Below are positions 40,295-47,659 of a stretch of DNA of 64,000 nt, piece after piece. The stretch covers positions 16,593 to 80,592 of the forward strand of contig DEMN01000001.1 of the NCBI GenBank assembly GCA_002359215.1, given 5' to 3'. The notes under the pieces were generated by a model that searched no databases, had not been told where the DNA came from, and was given only the letters and a program-made list of their open reading frames with translations. Position numbers and translations under genes: made by a program. Numbering within the stretch: the stretch's first letter is position 1; every line of letters begins with the position of its first letter. The stretch comes from Flavobacteriales bacterium UBA2669. GTDB lineage: Bacteria > Bacteroidota > Bacteroidia > Flavobacteriales_E > Vicingaceae.

Positions 40295-40358
40295 ATCTTA
40301 TAGTATATTTCCTAAGCTACCTTAAAACAATATTTCATTACTAAAAAACAAATTAAGT

Positions 40359-40892
40359 ATGAATGAAACAATCTCCCAACCAAAAAAAATAACAGCGATT
40401 ATTTCTACAAAAAAAGCCAATGACCTTTATGGCTCCATAGCAGAGATACTTGTTGTCAATCTCTTTCAGGAACTTGGGTTTAATGTACATCGTTCAGGAA
40501 TGGAATATGCCTTTCCTGCTTTAGGAAATTTACAAAAATTAAATGCAGATAAAGATATCGCTAACCATATCAGACACTATCCCGACTTTATTTTACAACG
40601 AAAATCAGATAAGAAAGTATTTTTAGCCGAAGTTAAATACAGTTCTAAAAATACCTATAGACTAGAGGAACAATATGAAAAACAATATGGAGATTATCCA
40701 TTTCCAGGAGCGTATATCATCTTTATAGGAAAAACCAGAATTGTTGCCAAAAAAGTATCCGAGATAAAAGATAACGGCAATAAATTCAACCTTATCTCTG
40801 ATATTACGGACTTTGAGTGTCATACAGCCGATAAGATAAAAATCATTAAAAAATATGTGGAATTAGCCGGTCATATATTCACCACTTTATAA
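40359..40892 (+). CDS. PD-(D/E)xK (YraN/Hjc-like) nuclease-fold protein
   Basis: Helix GSIAEILVVNLFQELGFNV, then HYPDFIL...KVFLAEVKYSS, giving an E...PD...ExK arrangement. Confidence 0.5.
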   Translation: MNETISQPKKITAIISTKKANDLYGSIAEILVVNLFQELGFNVHRSGMEYAFPALGNLQKLNADKDIANHIRHYPDFILQRKSDKKVFLAEVKYSSKNTYRLEEQYEKQYGDYPFPGAYIIFIGKTRIVAKKVSEIKDNGNKFNLISDITDFECHTADKIKIIKKYVELAGHIFTTL

Positions 40893-40974
40893 GGGTAAGT
40901 CAATGACTTCGTTTTTTTCATTTAGTATTTAGTTAAGTATCTTTGAATTACTTAAATCACTTAAGATGTAGTAA

Positions 40975-41253
40975 ATGAAAATACAGGTCTTTAATAAAAA
41001 CAGTGAAGAACGAGTAAAAGAAGGTCACTACAAAATAACCATAGAAGGCTCTTTCATAGACTTTATGTCTGTATGGACATTTAAAAACGAATATAAGCTT
41101 CCTGACAATACCAAAGAGCAAAATGAGTTGGATAGCAAAGAAATGAATTTTAAGTACGGAGCATACCCTTATAAATGCTTGATAGAAAAAGAAGATCCGC
41201 TAGCCGTTTCTCTACATCCGGTAGAACAAATGGAAGATTACTACGACATATAA
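40975..41253 (+). CDS. Hypothetical protein (92 aa)
   Basis: ORF only. Last plus-strand gene before the minus-strand block. Confidence 0.45.
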   Translation: MKIQVFNKNSEERVKEGHYKITIEGSFIDFMSVWTFKNEYKLPDNTKEQNELDSKEMNFKYGAYPYKCLIEKEDPLAVSLHPVEQMEDYYDI

Positions 41254-41261
41254 AATAACCA

Positions 41262-41435
41262 TTAACTTAAATAAGCCAATACTGCCTGTTTTAACACAAC
41301 ATCTCCCTGTCCGTCATTAAGAGCTGAGTAAAGCATCACAACAAAAGGCATAGGCACATCATCTTGAGTATATTTAATTCCTATCTTTTTTACATTATCT
41401 TTCTCCTGAACAACAACTTTATGAATCTCTATCAT
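41262..41435 (-). CDS. Possible 57-aa protein, below the ORF-track cutoff
   Basis: Hand translation: MIEIHKVVVQEKDNVKKIGIKYTQDDVPMPFVVMLYSALNDGQGDVVLKQAVLAYLS. ATG at 41435, TAA at 41262-41264. Confidence 0.3.
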   Translation of the reverse strand: MIEIHKVVVQEKDNVKKIGIKYTQDDVPMPFVVMLYSALNDGQGDVVLKQAVLAYLS

Positions 41436-41584
41436 GGCACAAATGATTTAATAAACCTCAGGGAACCCTCCTGACAATAATACTTTAACCATTCCTGTCG
41501 CTCCTGCCGGTTTTGAAGTTAAAGCTTTAGCAATAGTTTTCGGCTATCTGTAAGCAAGTACCAAAAGCCAGACGATATGCAGAA

Positions 41585-42001
41585 TTATTGTATTTGAGCC
41601 GTTTTATAATACTGAACCCGAAGCGTATGAATTTTACCCTCTTCGATACCAATCACCTTAAAATTAGTAAGACTTGTTTTACCGAACAGTTCCAATACAT
41701 CCCCATCACCAAAAGCTTGTCCTGAAATAGGCGTAGGAGCAGTTCCATTTTTCTTATACCTTAAAGCCCTTGTTTTGTTAGTAACAGAGGCATCCACCTC
41801 AAAGGAAATAGTAGCCGATATGGCATCTTGAGGAACTTTTAATACTTTAGCTTCGCTGTCATTTACATTCAGATCTTCATATCCGCCATTATTTTCATCA
41901 ATAGGAATACGTCCCCGTTCTCCCGAAGTCCATAGAATCAGTTCTTCAAGGTAATCTTCTGTAGAAGCAAAGTTTTGATGTGGATACGGATTATTTTTCA
42001 T
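41585..42001 (-). CDS. Small beta-rich protein (138 aa), possible virion component
   Basis: Clean ORF. The alternating hydrophobic pattern suggests a beta sandwich. No motif recognised. Confidence 0.55.
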   Translation of the reverse strand: MKNNPYPHQNFASTEDYLEELILWTSGERGRIPIDENNGGYEDLNVNDSEAKVLKVPQDAISATISFEVDASVTNKTRALRYKKNGTAPTPISGQAFGDGDVLELFGKTSLTNFKVIGIEEGKIHTLRVQYYKTAQIQ

Positions 42002-42039
42002 TTTTTTGTTTATTGTTAGTAGGGATTATGCTATCCTCT

Positions 42040-42088
42040 CTATTCTCTATTCTCTATTCTCTATTCTCTGTTCTCTGTTCTCTGTTCT
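42040..42088. repeat. Tandem heptamer array: CTATTCT x4 then CTGTTCT x3
   Basis: Read directly from the sequence. Embedded in the pyrimidine tract 42034-42102, upstream of the start at 42001. Confidence 0.9.
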
Positions 42089-42126
42089 CTCTTTTCTGTT
42101 CTATTAAGTTAACTTTCATTTTGCGG

Positions 42127-42660
42127 TTATGCTGCTAATATTCCCGTGCGTTCATATTCACGGTACAGACTAGCAACTGTTTTGCCTGCTAAATCCTGAA
42201 AGTGTGGTTTATCTTTAATAGAAGTCCAGCGACCACCCCATTCTAGGCCTAATGCCTCTCCCATTTGTCCAATCTTTTCCCAGTTCGGGTTGTTCCATAG
42301 CGGCTGACCATTTTTAAACTCTACTATATCCACTGCTTTTTTGTAATTATGAGAACTTTTACCGCACTTGGCATTCGTTACAATCTTCCCAGGAGCTGTC
42401 CTCCCTTGAGCATAAAGTTTGTTTTGTTCAGCACAATCACGATAAGCAGATATTACCCTTAACTCCATTCCTATATCTCTTGCCTTAGATAATAAATGCT
42501 TGATTTTTTTTCTAAACACCGGATCCAGTGAAAGTAAAAGCAGATCAGTTTTATAGTCAAAATGTTCATAAATCTTTTTTCGAGAAAGATAAAGACCTAC
42601 TCCCAATGCCACTATTCCTAAGGCAATACCTGTATACACATATTTCTTTTTAATTTCCAT
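42127..42660 (-). CDS. Membrane-anchored M15 (VanY / L-Ala-D-Glu peptidase-like) peptidoglycan hydrolase
   Basis: N-terminal TM VYTGIALGIVALGVGLYL. SAYRDCAEQNKLY, SSHNYKKAVDIV and GGRW...KPHFQ give the H-x6-D...H zinc-ligand arrangement. Confidence 0.85.
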   Translation of the reverse strand: MEIKKKYVYTGIALGIVALGVGLYLSRKKIYEHFDYKTDLLLLSLDPVFRKKIKHLLSKARDIGMELRVISAYRDCAEQNKLYAQGRTAPGKIVTNAKCGKSSHNYKKAVDIVEFKNGQPLWNNPNWEKIGQMGEALGLEWGGRWTSIKDKPHFQDLAGKTVASLYREYERTGILAA

Positions 42661-42793
42661 CTGTTTTTTTCTCTTGACAGTTACATGTTTTCTTTCTAGT
42701 TGACTGAATAAGGTTAATACTCATGGAAATAATACTAAGCGTTAAGAATGTACCTGAAAGAATAAGGATGAGTTTACTGTGTTTATTTTCCAT
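42650..42793 (-). CDS. 47-aa single-TM protein overlapping the start of the M15 gene (holin-like candidate)
   Basis: Hand translation: MENKHSKLILILSGTFLTLSIISMSINLIQSTRKKTCNCQEKKTDGN. Its stop overlaps the ATG at 42660 out of frame. Below the ORF-track cutoff. Confidence 0.45.
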   Translation of the reverse strand: MENKHSKLILILSGTFLTLSIISMSINLIQSTRKKTCNCQEKKTDGN

Positions 42794-42863
42794 GAGGCAA
42801 TCGTTATATCAGTTACTTGTTTTAAGGTTAATATCGGAATTGAGAACTTAAGAAGATTTTATA

Positions 42864-42963
42864 GAACAGAGAAAATAGAAGTTAGAACAAAGAGAAAAGA
42901 AGAATATGATACAACTGCTCTTTTCTATCTTCTTTGTTCTCTTCTCTAATATCTTACTTTTCT
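42864..42963. repeat. Polypurine arm / polypyrimidine arm imperfect hairpin (R/Y repeat family)
   Basis: AGAACAGAGAAAATAGAAGTTAGAACAAAGAGAAAAGAAGAA ... CTCTTTTCTATCTTCTTTGTTCTCTTCTCT. Confidence 0.6.
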
Positions 42964-42976
42964 AAGCTCTTTCTTC

Positions 42977-43417
42977 TCAATTCACTATCAGCAATACTGT
43001 CATGATACCCATTCCCACTCCTAATAGTAGTTTATGAGCTTTACTTCGTTTTATTTTTCTTTCCTGAAGAGTAATAGTTTTAGTTAGTATATCCATACTC
43101 TTTTGTTGGTTTTTATAAAGCAATACCATGTTGTTTATCTTTTGCTCTAAACCATCTACCAAGCTATCGTTAACCGCTATGGTTTGATTAAAAAGTTTTG
43201 CCCATTGATGTTGTTCTACCATCAAGGAATCACACCATATCCCAGCTTCCATATATCCGGCAATTACTTTACTTTGATTAATGGTAAAGCAAAATAGAGT
43301 ATCCTTATTCAGCTCTTGTACTATCGGTGTTAAACTCCCGACCCCTTGGAGCAAGTTTTGAGAAAAACAGATATAGTTCATCGTTAGTATAATGCTCAAT
43401 AGCGTTAATCTTTTCAT
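42977..43417 (-). CDS. Signal peptide + coiled coil + C-terminal TM protein
   Basis: MKRLTLLSIILTMNYICFSQ at the N-terminus and LLLGVGMGIMTVLLIV at the C-terminus. Confidence 0.6.
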   Translation of the reverse strand: MKRLTLLSIILTMNYICFSQNLLQGVGSLTPIVQELNKDTLFCFTINQSKVIAGYMEAGIWCDSLMVEQHQWAKLFNQTIAVNDSLVDGLEQKINNMVLLYKNQQKSMDILTKTITLQERKIKRSKAHKLLLGVGMGIMTVLLIVN

Positions 43418-43736
43418 ACTTTAGTTGTTTTAATTCATTTATCCTTTTGGTTTTACTTACCAATAATGCTTTTAAGCTATCCTGTTTTATTTTTAGCCCT
43501 TCATGACGCTTATCCAGTTTTTTATTTTTCCATAAAAGGGTATCGTTTTGAGCTTTGAGTAGCATCAGTTCTTCTTTGTACACCCTTAAGGTTTTCTCCT
43601 TATTTTCATTAAAAAAATAGACTCCTGTCAGCACAGCACCTATAACTAGCATTACAATTACTTTACAGTTATTCATAGCATTAGGGCATATCATGAAACC
43701 TGTCGTAATACCCTCTTGTTGACGCTTCTTTTTCAA
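43305..43736 (-). CDS. N-terminal TM + coiled-coil protein (spanin-like topology); the real start is probably the ATG at 43676
   Basis: TM VIVMLVIGAVLTGVYFF, then heptad-rich KEELMLLKAQNDTLLWKNKKLDKRHEGLKIKQDSLKALL. Confidence 0.55.
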   Translation of the reverse strand: MKKKRQQEGITTGFMICPNAMNNCKVIVMLVIGAVLTGVYFFNENKEKTLRVYKEELMLLKAQNDTLLWKNKKLDKRHEGLKIKQDSLKALLVSKTKRINELKQLKYEKINAIEHYTNDELYLFFSKLAPRGREFNTDSTRAE

Positions 43737-44079
43737 TTACCGAGTTAATGCGTAGTTTTTTCCCGATGTAGGTAGTTAACCCTTCCAAAATGAGTTTATG
43801 AAACACCAGTGCAAATACAAAAGATTGAAACAAACATTCTATTTGATTTAATTGATAACCTCTGATAAAGTAAATAGCAATGCCGTAAAGCAAGCCGATA
43901 ATAGCTACCCTGTATTTGGTTTTCGATGATATACAGGTTATCTTTTTGATACCCCCTTTTACCTTGTGGTGATTACACCCATAAGCAATGATGATAAAAG
44001 TGATGATGTACGTCCAATCCAGTTCATTCACGTAGGAGCTAAGCTGATTCCATATTGTTATAATGATTGTTACATTCAT
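43681..44079 (-). CDS. Three-TM small membrane protein (holin-like)
   Basis: Hydrophobic segments WTYIITFIIIAYGC, VAIIGLLYGIAIYFI and LFQSFVFALVFHKLIL. Confidence 0.5.
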   Translation of the reverse strand: MNVTIIITIWNQLSSYVNELDWTYIITFIIIAYGCNHHKVKGGIKKITCISSKTKYRVAIIGLLYGIAIYFIRGYQLNQIECLFQSFVFALVFHKLILEGLTTYIGKKLRINSVIEKEASTRGYYDRFHDMP

Positions 44080-44120
44080 AAATTTTAGTTTAGTTATTAT
44101 TTATTTAGTTGTTATTATGT

Positions 44121-44495
44121 TTATCCCGGAAAAACAATGTTTTCTAATGCGGTTAAGTTTGCCCGCCCCAAAATCTTTTTTTCATTGATTTTTCCATAAA
44201 ATTTTAGCATGCGTTTCTCCTTACTTTTATTGAGTTGTTGCCCATGATTCGGTAATACCGGCATTATCCATGTATAAGCTGTTAGCAGTTCCAAATCACT
44301 GTACCTCAGTTTTTGTAACTCTTTTTTAATTGCTTCTCTATCTATCTTTTTTTGCTTCTTATCGGCAGCTTCCTTCCATTTTTTCAGCAACCACCGGATT
44401 AATGTATTTTTTCCAATTGGAGTATTTGCAAAAGCCAAATAACCCACACCTGCAAAAACAGATATCCCGAAAAGTGTTATGGCTACTTTTTTCAT
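44121..44495 (-). CDS. N-terminally anchored protein (124 aa)
   Basis: TM VAITLFGISVFAGVGYLAF followed by a basic helical region. Confidence 0.55.
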   Translation of the reverse strand: MKKVAITLFGISVFAGVGYLAFANTPIGKNTLIRWLLKKWKEAADKKQKKIDREAIKKELQKLRYSDLELLTAYTWIMPVLPNHGQQLNKSKEKRMLKFYGKINEKKILGRANLTALENIVFPG

Positions 44496-44524
44496 TTTTT
44501 TTAGTTGTTAATTATTTATCAATT

Positions 44525-44650
44525 AGAACAGAGAGAAGAAAAAAGAGAAGAGAAAAAAGAGAACTGTACTATACAACTTCTAACTTCTCTTGTCTATCTT
44601 CTTTTTCTACCTTCTAATTTCTTTGTTCTTTTTTTCTGTTTACTGTTCTC
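44525..44650. repeat. R/Y hairpin repeat with conserved loop core TGTACTATACAACTTCT (44565-44581)
   Basis: Purine arm 44525-44563, loop, then pyrimidine arm 44577-44650. Confidence 0.7.
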
Positions 44651-44672
44651 CATCCTATTATCACCTCAAGCA

Positions 44673-44873
44673 TTACCGGTTAAGTTGACCCATTTTTTCC
44701 ATGTTCTTCACCACTCCACGCACTCCAAAAACGATAAGCGTGATAACAAAAGCAGTTCCTACAGCATACATAGAAGTTTTTCTTAAGGTCTGGTCGGTCA
44801 TGGTGATTTTGATATCTGTTTTTAATCCGTCATCACTTAATACATTGTCCAAATAATCTTTTATCGTTGCCAT
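44673..44873 (-). CDS. 66-aa single-TM protein
   Basis: TM MYAVGTAFVITLIVFGV. Confidence 0.5.
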   Translation of the reverse strand: MATIKDYLDNVLSDDGLKTDIKITMTDQTLRKTSMYAVGTAFVITLIVFGVRGVVKNMEKMGQLNR

Positions 44874-44874
44874 A

Positions 44875-45267
44875 TTATTTCTTTTTTAATTGTTCTATAT
44901 CCGTCTGGGAAACTGTAGTTTTTCCTAGTAGTTTCTTGACTGCTGCCTGAGTCATATCACCATACTTTCCATCTACTCCGTCTTTATTACTTCCGGTCTT
45001 CCCTAAGTCAGCTCCCAAGACATGTAATATTTTCTGTAAGACAGTTACCTTGTTTCCGCAGCTACCGTGTTTTAAGGGAAAACTATCATCGTACTTACAA
45101 AATCCTGAAGAGGAGGAAGAGGCGGAACTGCTGCTTTGTTCTCCGGGATTGTTTTCTTTTTTCTTGTTAAAATAGAAATAAGCTCCCGTTCCCAGCCCTG
45201 CCAGTAACAAAATACCTCCTGCTATCCAAAGAAGTTGATTGTCTATTTTAAATGTATCTGTAGCCAT
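44875..45267 (-). CDS. Membrane-anchored PG_binding_1 domain protein
   Basis: TM LLWIAGGILLLAGLGTGAYFYF, a Ser-rich linker, then GNKVTVLQKILHVLGADLG...DGKYGDMTQAAVKKLLG. Confidence 0.7.
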   Translation of the reverse strand: MATDTFKIDNQLLWIAGGILLLAGLGTGAYFYFNKKKENNPGEQSSSSASSSSSGFCKYDDSFPLKHGSCGNKVTVLQKILHVLGADLGKTGSNKDGVDGKYGDMTQAAVKKLLGKTTVSQTDIEQLKKK

Positions 45268-45328
45268 TTGTCTTGTTATTCATTATTCATTATTTGTTCT
45301 ATCTTCTGTCTTCCGACTTCTCAATTTC

Positions 45329-45736
45329 TTATTCGTCAATGATTACTGCATCTTCACGAACATACCCTTCATTTTTTCCATTAACCGGCACTGTTAAACT
45401 GATCTTGTACCAGTAATAACCATCTTCACCTTTTACTCTTTCCAAGATGCTCCCCACCGGATTAGTGTTTACCTTTTTGATTAAGTTATGTGAAAAATCA
45501 AACCTTCCCCAATTCTCATTATCCACCTTTGGAGAACTACGAACATTGGCATATCCTTCTGCTCCATAGCTGACTGTTTTGGTAAGGAGTTTTTCTTCTT
45601 CCTTTTCCTTTTGTTTACTGCTACTGGTAGTATATCCCTTTTTTTTGAAATACCTGTAAGCACCATATCCTGCTCCGGAGAGTACCACCGTAGCAATTGT
45701 TCCTATCAGTAAGTATTTTTTCGTTTTTGCATCCAT
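45329..45736 (-). CDS. Membrane-anchored SH3b-like domain protein
   Basis: TM YLLIGTIATVVLSGAGYGAY, then GYANVRSSPKVDN...GYYWYKISL...GYVREDAV. Confidence 0.6.
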   Translation of the reverse strand: MDAKTKKYLLIGTIATVVLSGAGYGAYRYFKKKGYTTSSSKQKEKEEEKLLTKTVSYGAEGYANVRSSPKVDNENWGRFDFSHNLIKKVNTNPVGSILERVKGEDGYYWYKISLTVPVNGKNEGYVREDAVIIDE

Positions 45737-45737
45737 G

Positions 45738-46211
45738 TTAATAGCTGTTAATGATATCTTTTATGCGTTGCATTTCTCTGGCATCGTCCATGTAATAAGT
45801 AATGTATTCCGCCAGACTTTTTTTGTATTTAGCTGCAAACATTCGGGCAATCAGGGAAAGATTATCGGCATTTCCCGCTTCTTCCAAAGCTGAGTAAAAC
45901 CCTCCTTCATCATCGTTAAAAACACCACCTGAATCATAGAGTTGCTCCGCTAACTTCTTTGCCCTGTCGTGAGAAATTGTTACCTTACCCTGTCGGGAGT
46001 AATTAGGGTCAAACCCTTTATAGCTCATGATACTTCGCATCTTTTTACCTTTCTTACAATCAGCTATCCCTGTTGCACAGAGTATAGGGCGAACAATACC
46101 GAAATAGGTTAGCCCCAGTCCAACCAGTACTACACCTCCTATGATGTAGGGAGTAGCTTTATTTCGAGCCAATCCTTCTACTGTTTTTACTCCTGTTATT
46201 GTACTGGTCAT
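45738..46211 (-). CDS. N-terminally anchored protein (157 aa)
   Basis: TM TPYIIGGVVLVGLGLTYFGIV followed by a helical C-terminal domain. Confidence 0.55.
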   Translation of the reverse strand: MTSTITGVKTVEGLARNKATPYIIGGVVLVGLGLTYFGIVRPILCATGIADCKKGKKMRSIMSYKGFDPNYSRQGKVTISHDRAKKLAEQLYDSGGVFNDDEGGFYSALEEAGNADNLSLIARMFAAKYKKSLAEYITYYMDDAREMQRIKDIINSY

Positions 46212-46233
46212 TTTTTGTTACTGTTGTTTAAAC

Positions 46234-46320
46234 AAAAGAGAAGGAAAAACAGAGAAATTAGAAGTTTAAAGTTTTGTTTATCCTCTCTGTTCTAATTTCT
46301 ATATTCTCTTTTCTCTAATC
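46234..46320. repeat. R/Y repeat with an 11-bp perfect stem AGAAATTAGAA / TTCTAATTTCT
   Basis: The purine arm AAAAGAGAAGGAAAAACAGAGAAATTAGAAG faces the pyrimidine arm TCCTCTCTGTTCTAATTTCTATATTCTCTTTTCTC. Confidence 0.6.
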
Positions 46321-46321
46321 T

Positions 46322-46504
46322 TTAATTGATAATTTCCTTTACTGTCTCTTCCACTTGAGTTTGGTTTAAGCCGTTTTCTTTTAAGAAAGCTTCCAAACGG
46401 CTTTTTACCCGCTCTTGTTTTTTCTTTACTTTCTCCCTGTCATATCTGACATATAACTGGCGACCTAACCAAAACCCTACGGCAAGTGTTACTACTGTTC
46501 TCAT
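46322..46504 (-). CDS. 60-aa single-TM protein
   Basis: TM VVTLAVGFWLGRQLYV followed by a basic helix. Confidence 0.5.
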   Translation of the reverse strand: MRTVVTLAVGFWLGRQLYVRYDREKVKKKQERVKSRLEAFLKENGLNQTQVEETVKEIIN

Positions 46505-46602
46505 TTTATAAATGTTAAATTATAAGTGTTAAATGTTGAATGAATTATCACTTGTTATTCCATCCCAAATCAATCCTCAATCAAGGTTAAGGACAAGCTA
46601 TT

Positions 46603-47088
46603 TCAAAAGATGTTCTTTTGAGGTACTCCAATACTTTCCAACCATTTAGGCACATTGAAACCGGGCATTTCTACTTTATCCATTGCCGGGACTTGATTTA
46701 GTCCCATAATAATCAAATCAGGGTTTCTTAGTAACCGGTATTGTACATATATTTTCAGTGTCTCTTTCTGCTCTTTGGTTCGGGTGTCCCATTCTTTACT
46801 GTTATCCTTGGTTCTTCCCCCAACAATGGCTACATATTTTGCCATTCCCGATAATCCGTTTATCCCTTGGGAGATTCCCCACAAATCCACTTCATTAGGG
46901 CTATTTTCAGGAATAATATTAATTAGTTCCCCTTCCAACAAGATAAGATCATCTATTCGGGGACGATTTAGCCCCAATCCCCCTGCATGAACAGGGCTAA
47001 TATGCTGCTGGATAATCGCTGCTTTACTGATTTCCACTCCTCCCGGAGTATTCGTACTGACGATAATTAAGTAATCTGCTTTTTTCAT
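46603..47088 (-). CDS. Amidase_2/PGRP-like fold with substituted zinc ligands (probable non-catalytic peptidoglycan binder)
   Basis: YVAIVGGRTKDNSKEWDTRTKEQKETLKIYV...IMGLNQVPAMDKVEMPGFNVPKWL parallels T7-lysozyme IGVCLVGG...TPAQMQSL...AHHEVAPKACPSFDLKRWW. However His, His and Cys are replaced (IIVSTNT for VHCSAT, GLNQ for AHHE, MP for CP). Confidence 0.45.
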   Translation of the reverse strand: MKKADYLIIVSTNTPGGVEISKAAIIQQHISPVHAGGLGLNRPRIDDLILLEGELINIIPENSPNEVDLWGISQGINGLSGMAKYVAIVGGRTKDNSKEWDTRTKEQKETLKIYVQYRLLRNPDLIIMGLNQVPAMDKVEMPGFNVPKWLESIGVPQKNIF

Positions 47089-47124
47089 TTTTTTGTTTTT
47101 TTTGTTGTTGGTTAATAGTTAGCA

Positions 47125-47190
47125 TAGAGGAGAGAGGAAAGAACAGAGAATTGTACTATACAACTTCTGATTTCTCTTTTCTATATTCTA
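47125..47190. repeat. R/Y hairpin repeat with the same loop core TGTACTATACAACTTCT (47152-47168)
   Basis: GAGGAGAGAGGAAAGAACAGAGAA-TTGTACTATACAA-CTTCTGATTTCTCTTTTCTATATTC. Confidence 0.7.
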
Positions 47191-47625
47191 TTTTTCGTCT
47201 TCTTTTAATCTTCTGTATCCTAACAGTTGTGCTGCATTATAAGCTTTGATACATACTTGGTTGTTTTGATTACCTCCCAAACAGTAGATGTATTTGTCAT
47301 CTTCTGAATGATTGATGTAAATGGCTACATGTCCTTTCCAACTCTTAGGTTGCTCTCTCCAAAAGATAACCACGTCTCCCGGTTCTGGTGTTGTGACTTC
47401 TTCTCCTACCGTCAGCCAAGACCTTGCATTAAGTTTTCCTGAACGGGTTACTCCTGCTTTTAAGGCACACCAATTCATAAAGATGGAACACCATGCCGTT
47501 TCATCGGTAATGATTCCTCCATACCCAATCTCTTTAGAATACCCTACAATGGTAGGGTTATGTTCTTTTCCCTGAATTTCTTTCACCCCATATTGGGAAA
47601 GTGCTATACTTAGTAATTTGTTCAT
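47188..47625 (-). CDS. TIGR02594-type (NlpC/P60-CHAP-like) cell-wall hydrolase
   Basis: GVKEIQGKEHNPTIVGY...ETAWCSIFMNWC...GDVVIFWRE...KGHVAIYI...CLGGNQNNQV. Confidence 0.8.
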   Translation of the reverse strand: MNKLLSIALSQYGVKEIQGKEHNPTIVGYSKEIGYGGIITDETAWCSIFMNWCALKAGVTRSGKLNARSWLTVGEEVTTPEPGDVVIFWREQPKSWKGHVAIYINHSEDDKYIYCLGGNQNNQVCIKAYNAAQLLGYRRLKEDEK

Positions 47626-47659
47626 TTTTTTAGTTGTTTTTTATTTATCTTTTGTTCCA

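Noticed and set aside
44330-44786. Plus-strand ORFs 44330..44617 and 44505..44786
   Set aside because: These are translations of the R/Y repeat (poly-Phe/Leu/Ser, then Glu/Lys/Arg). They overlap minus-strand genes with clear TM or domain features.
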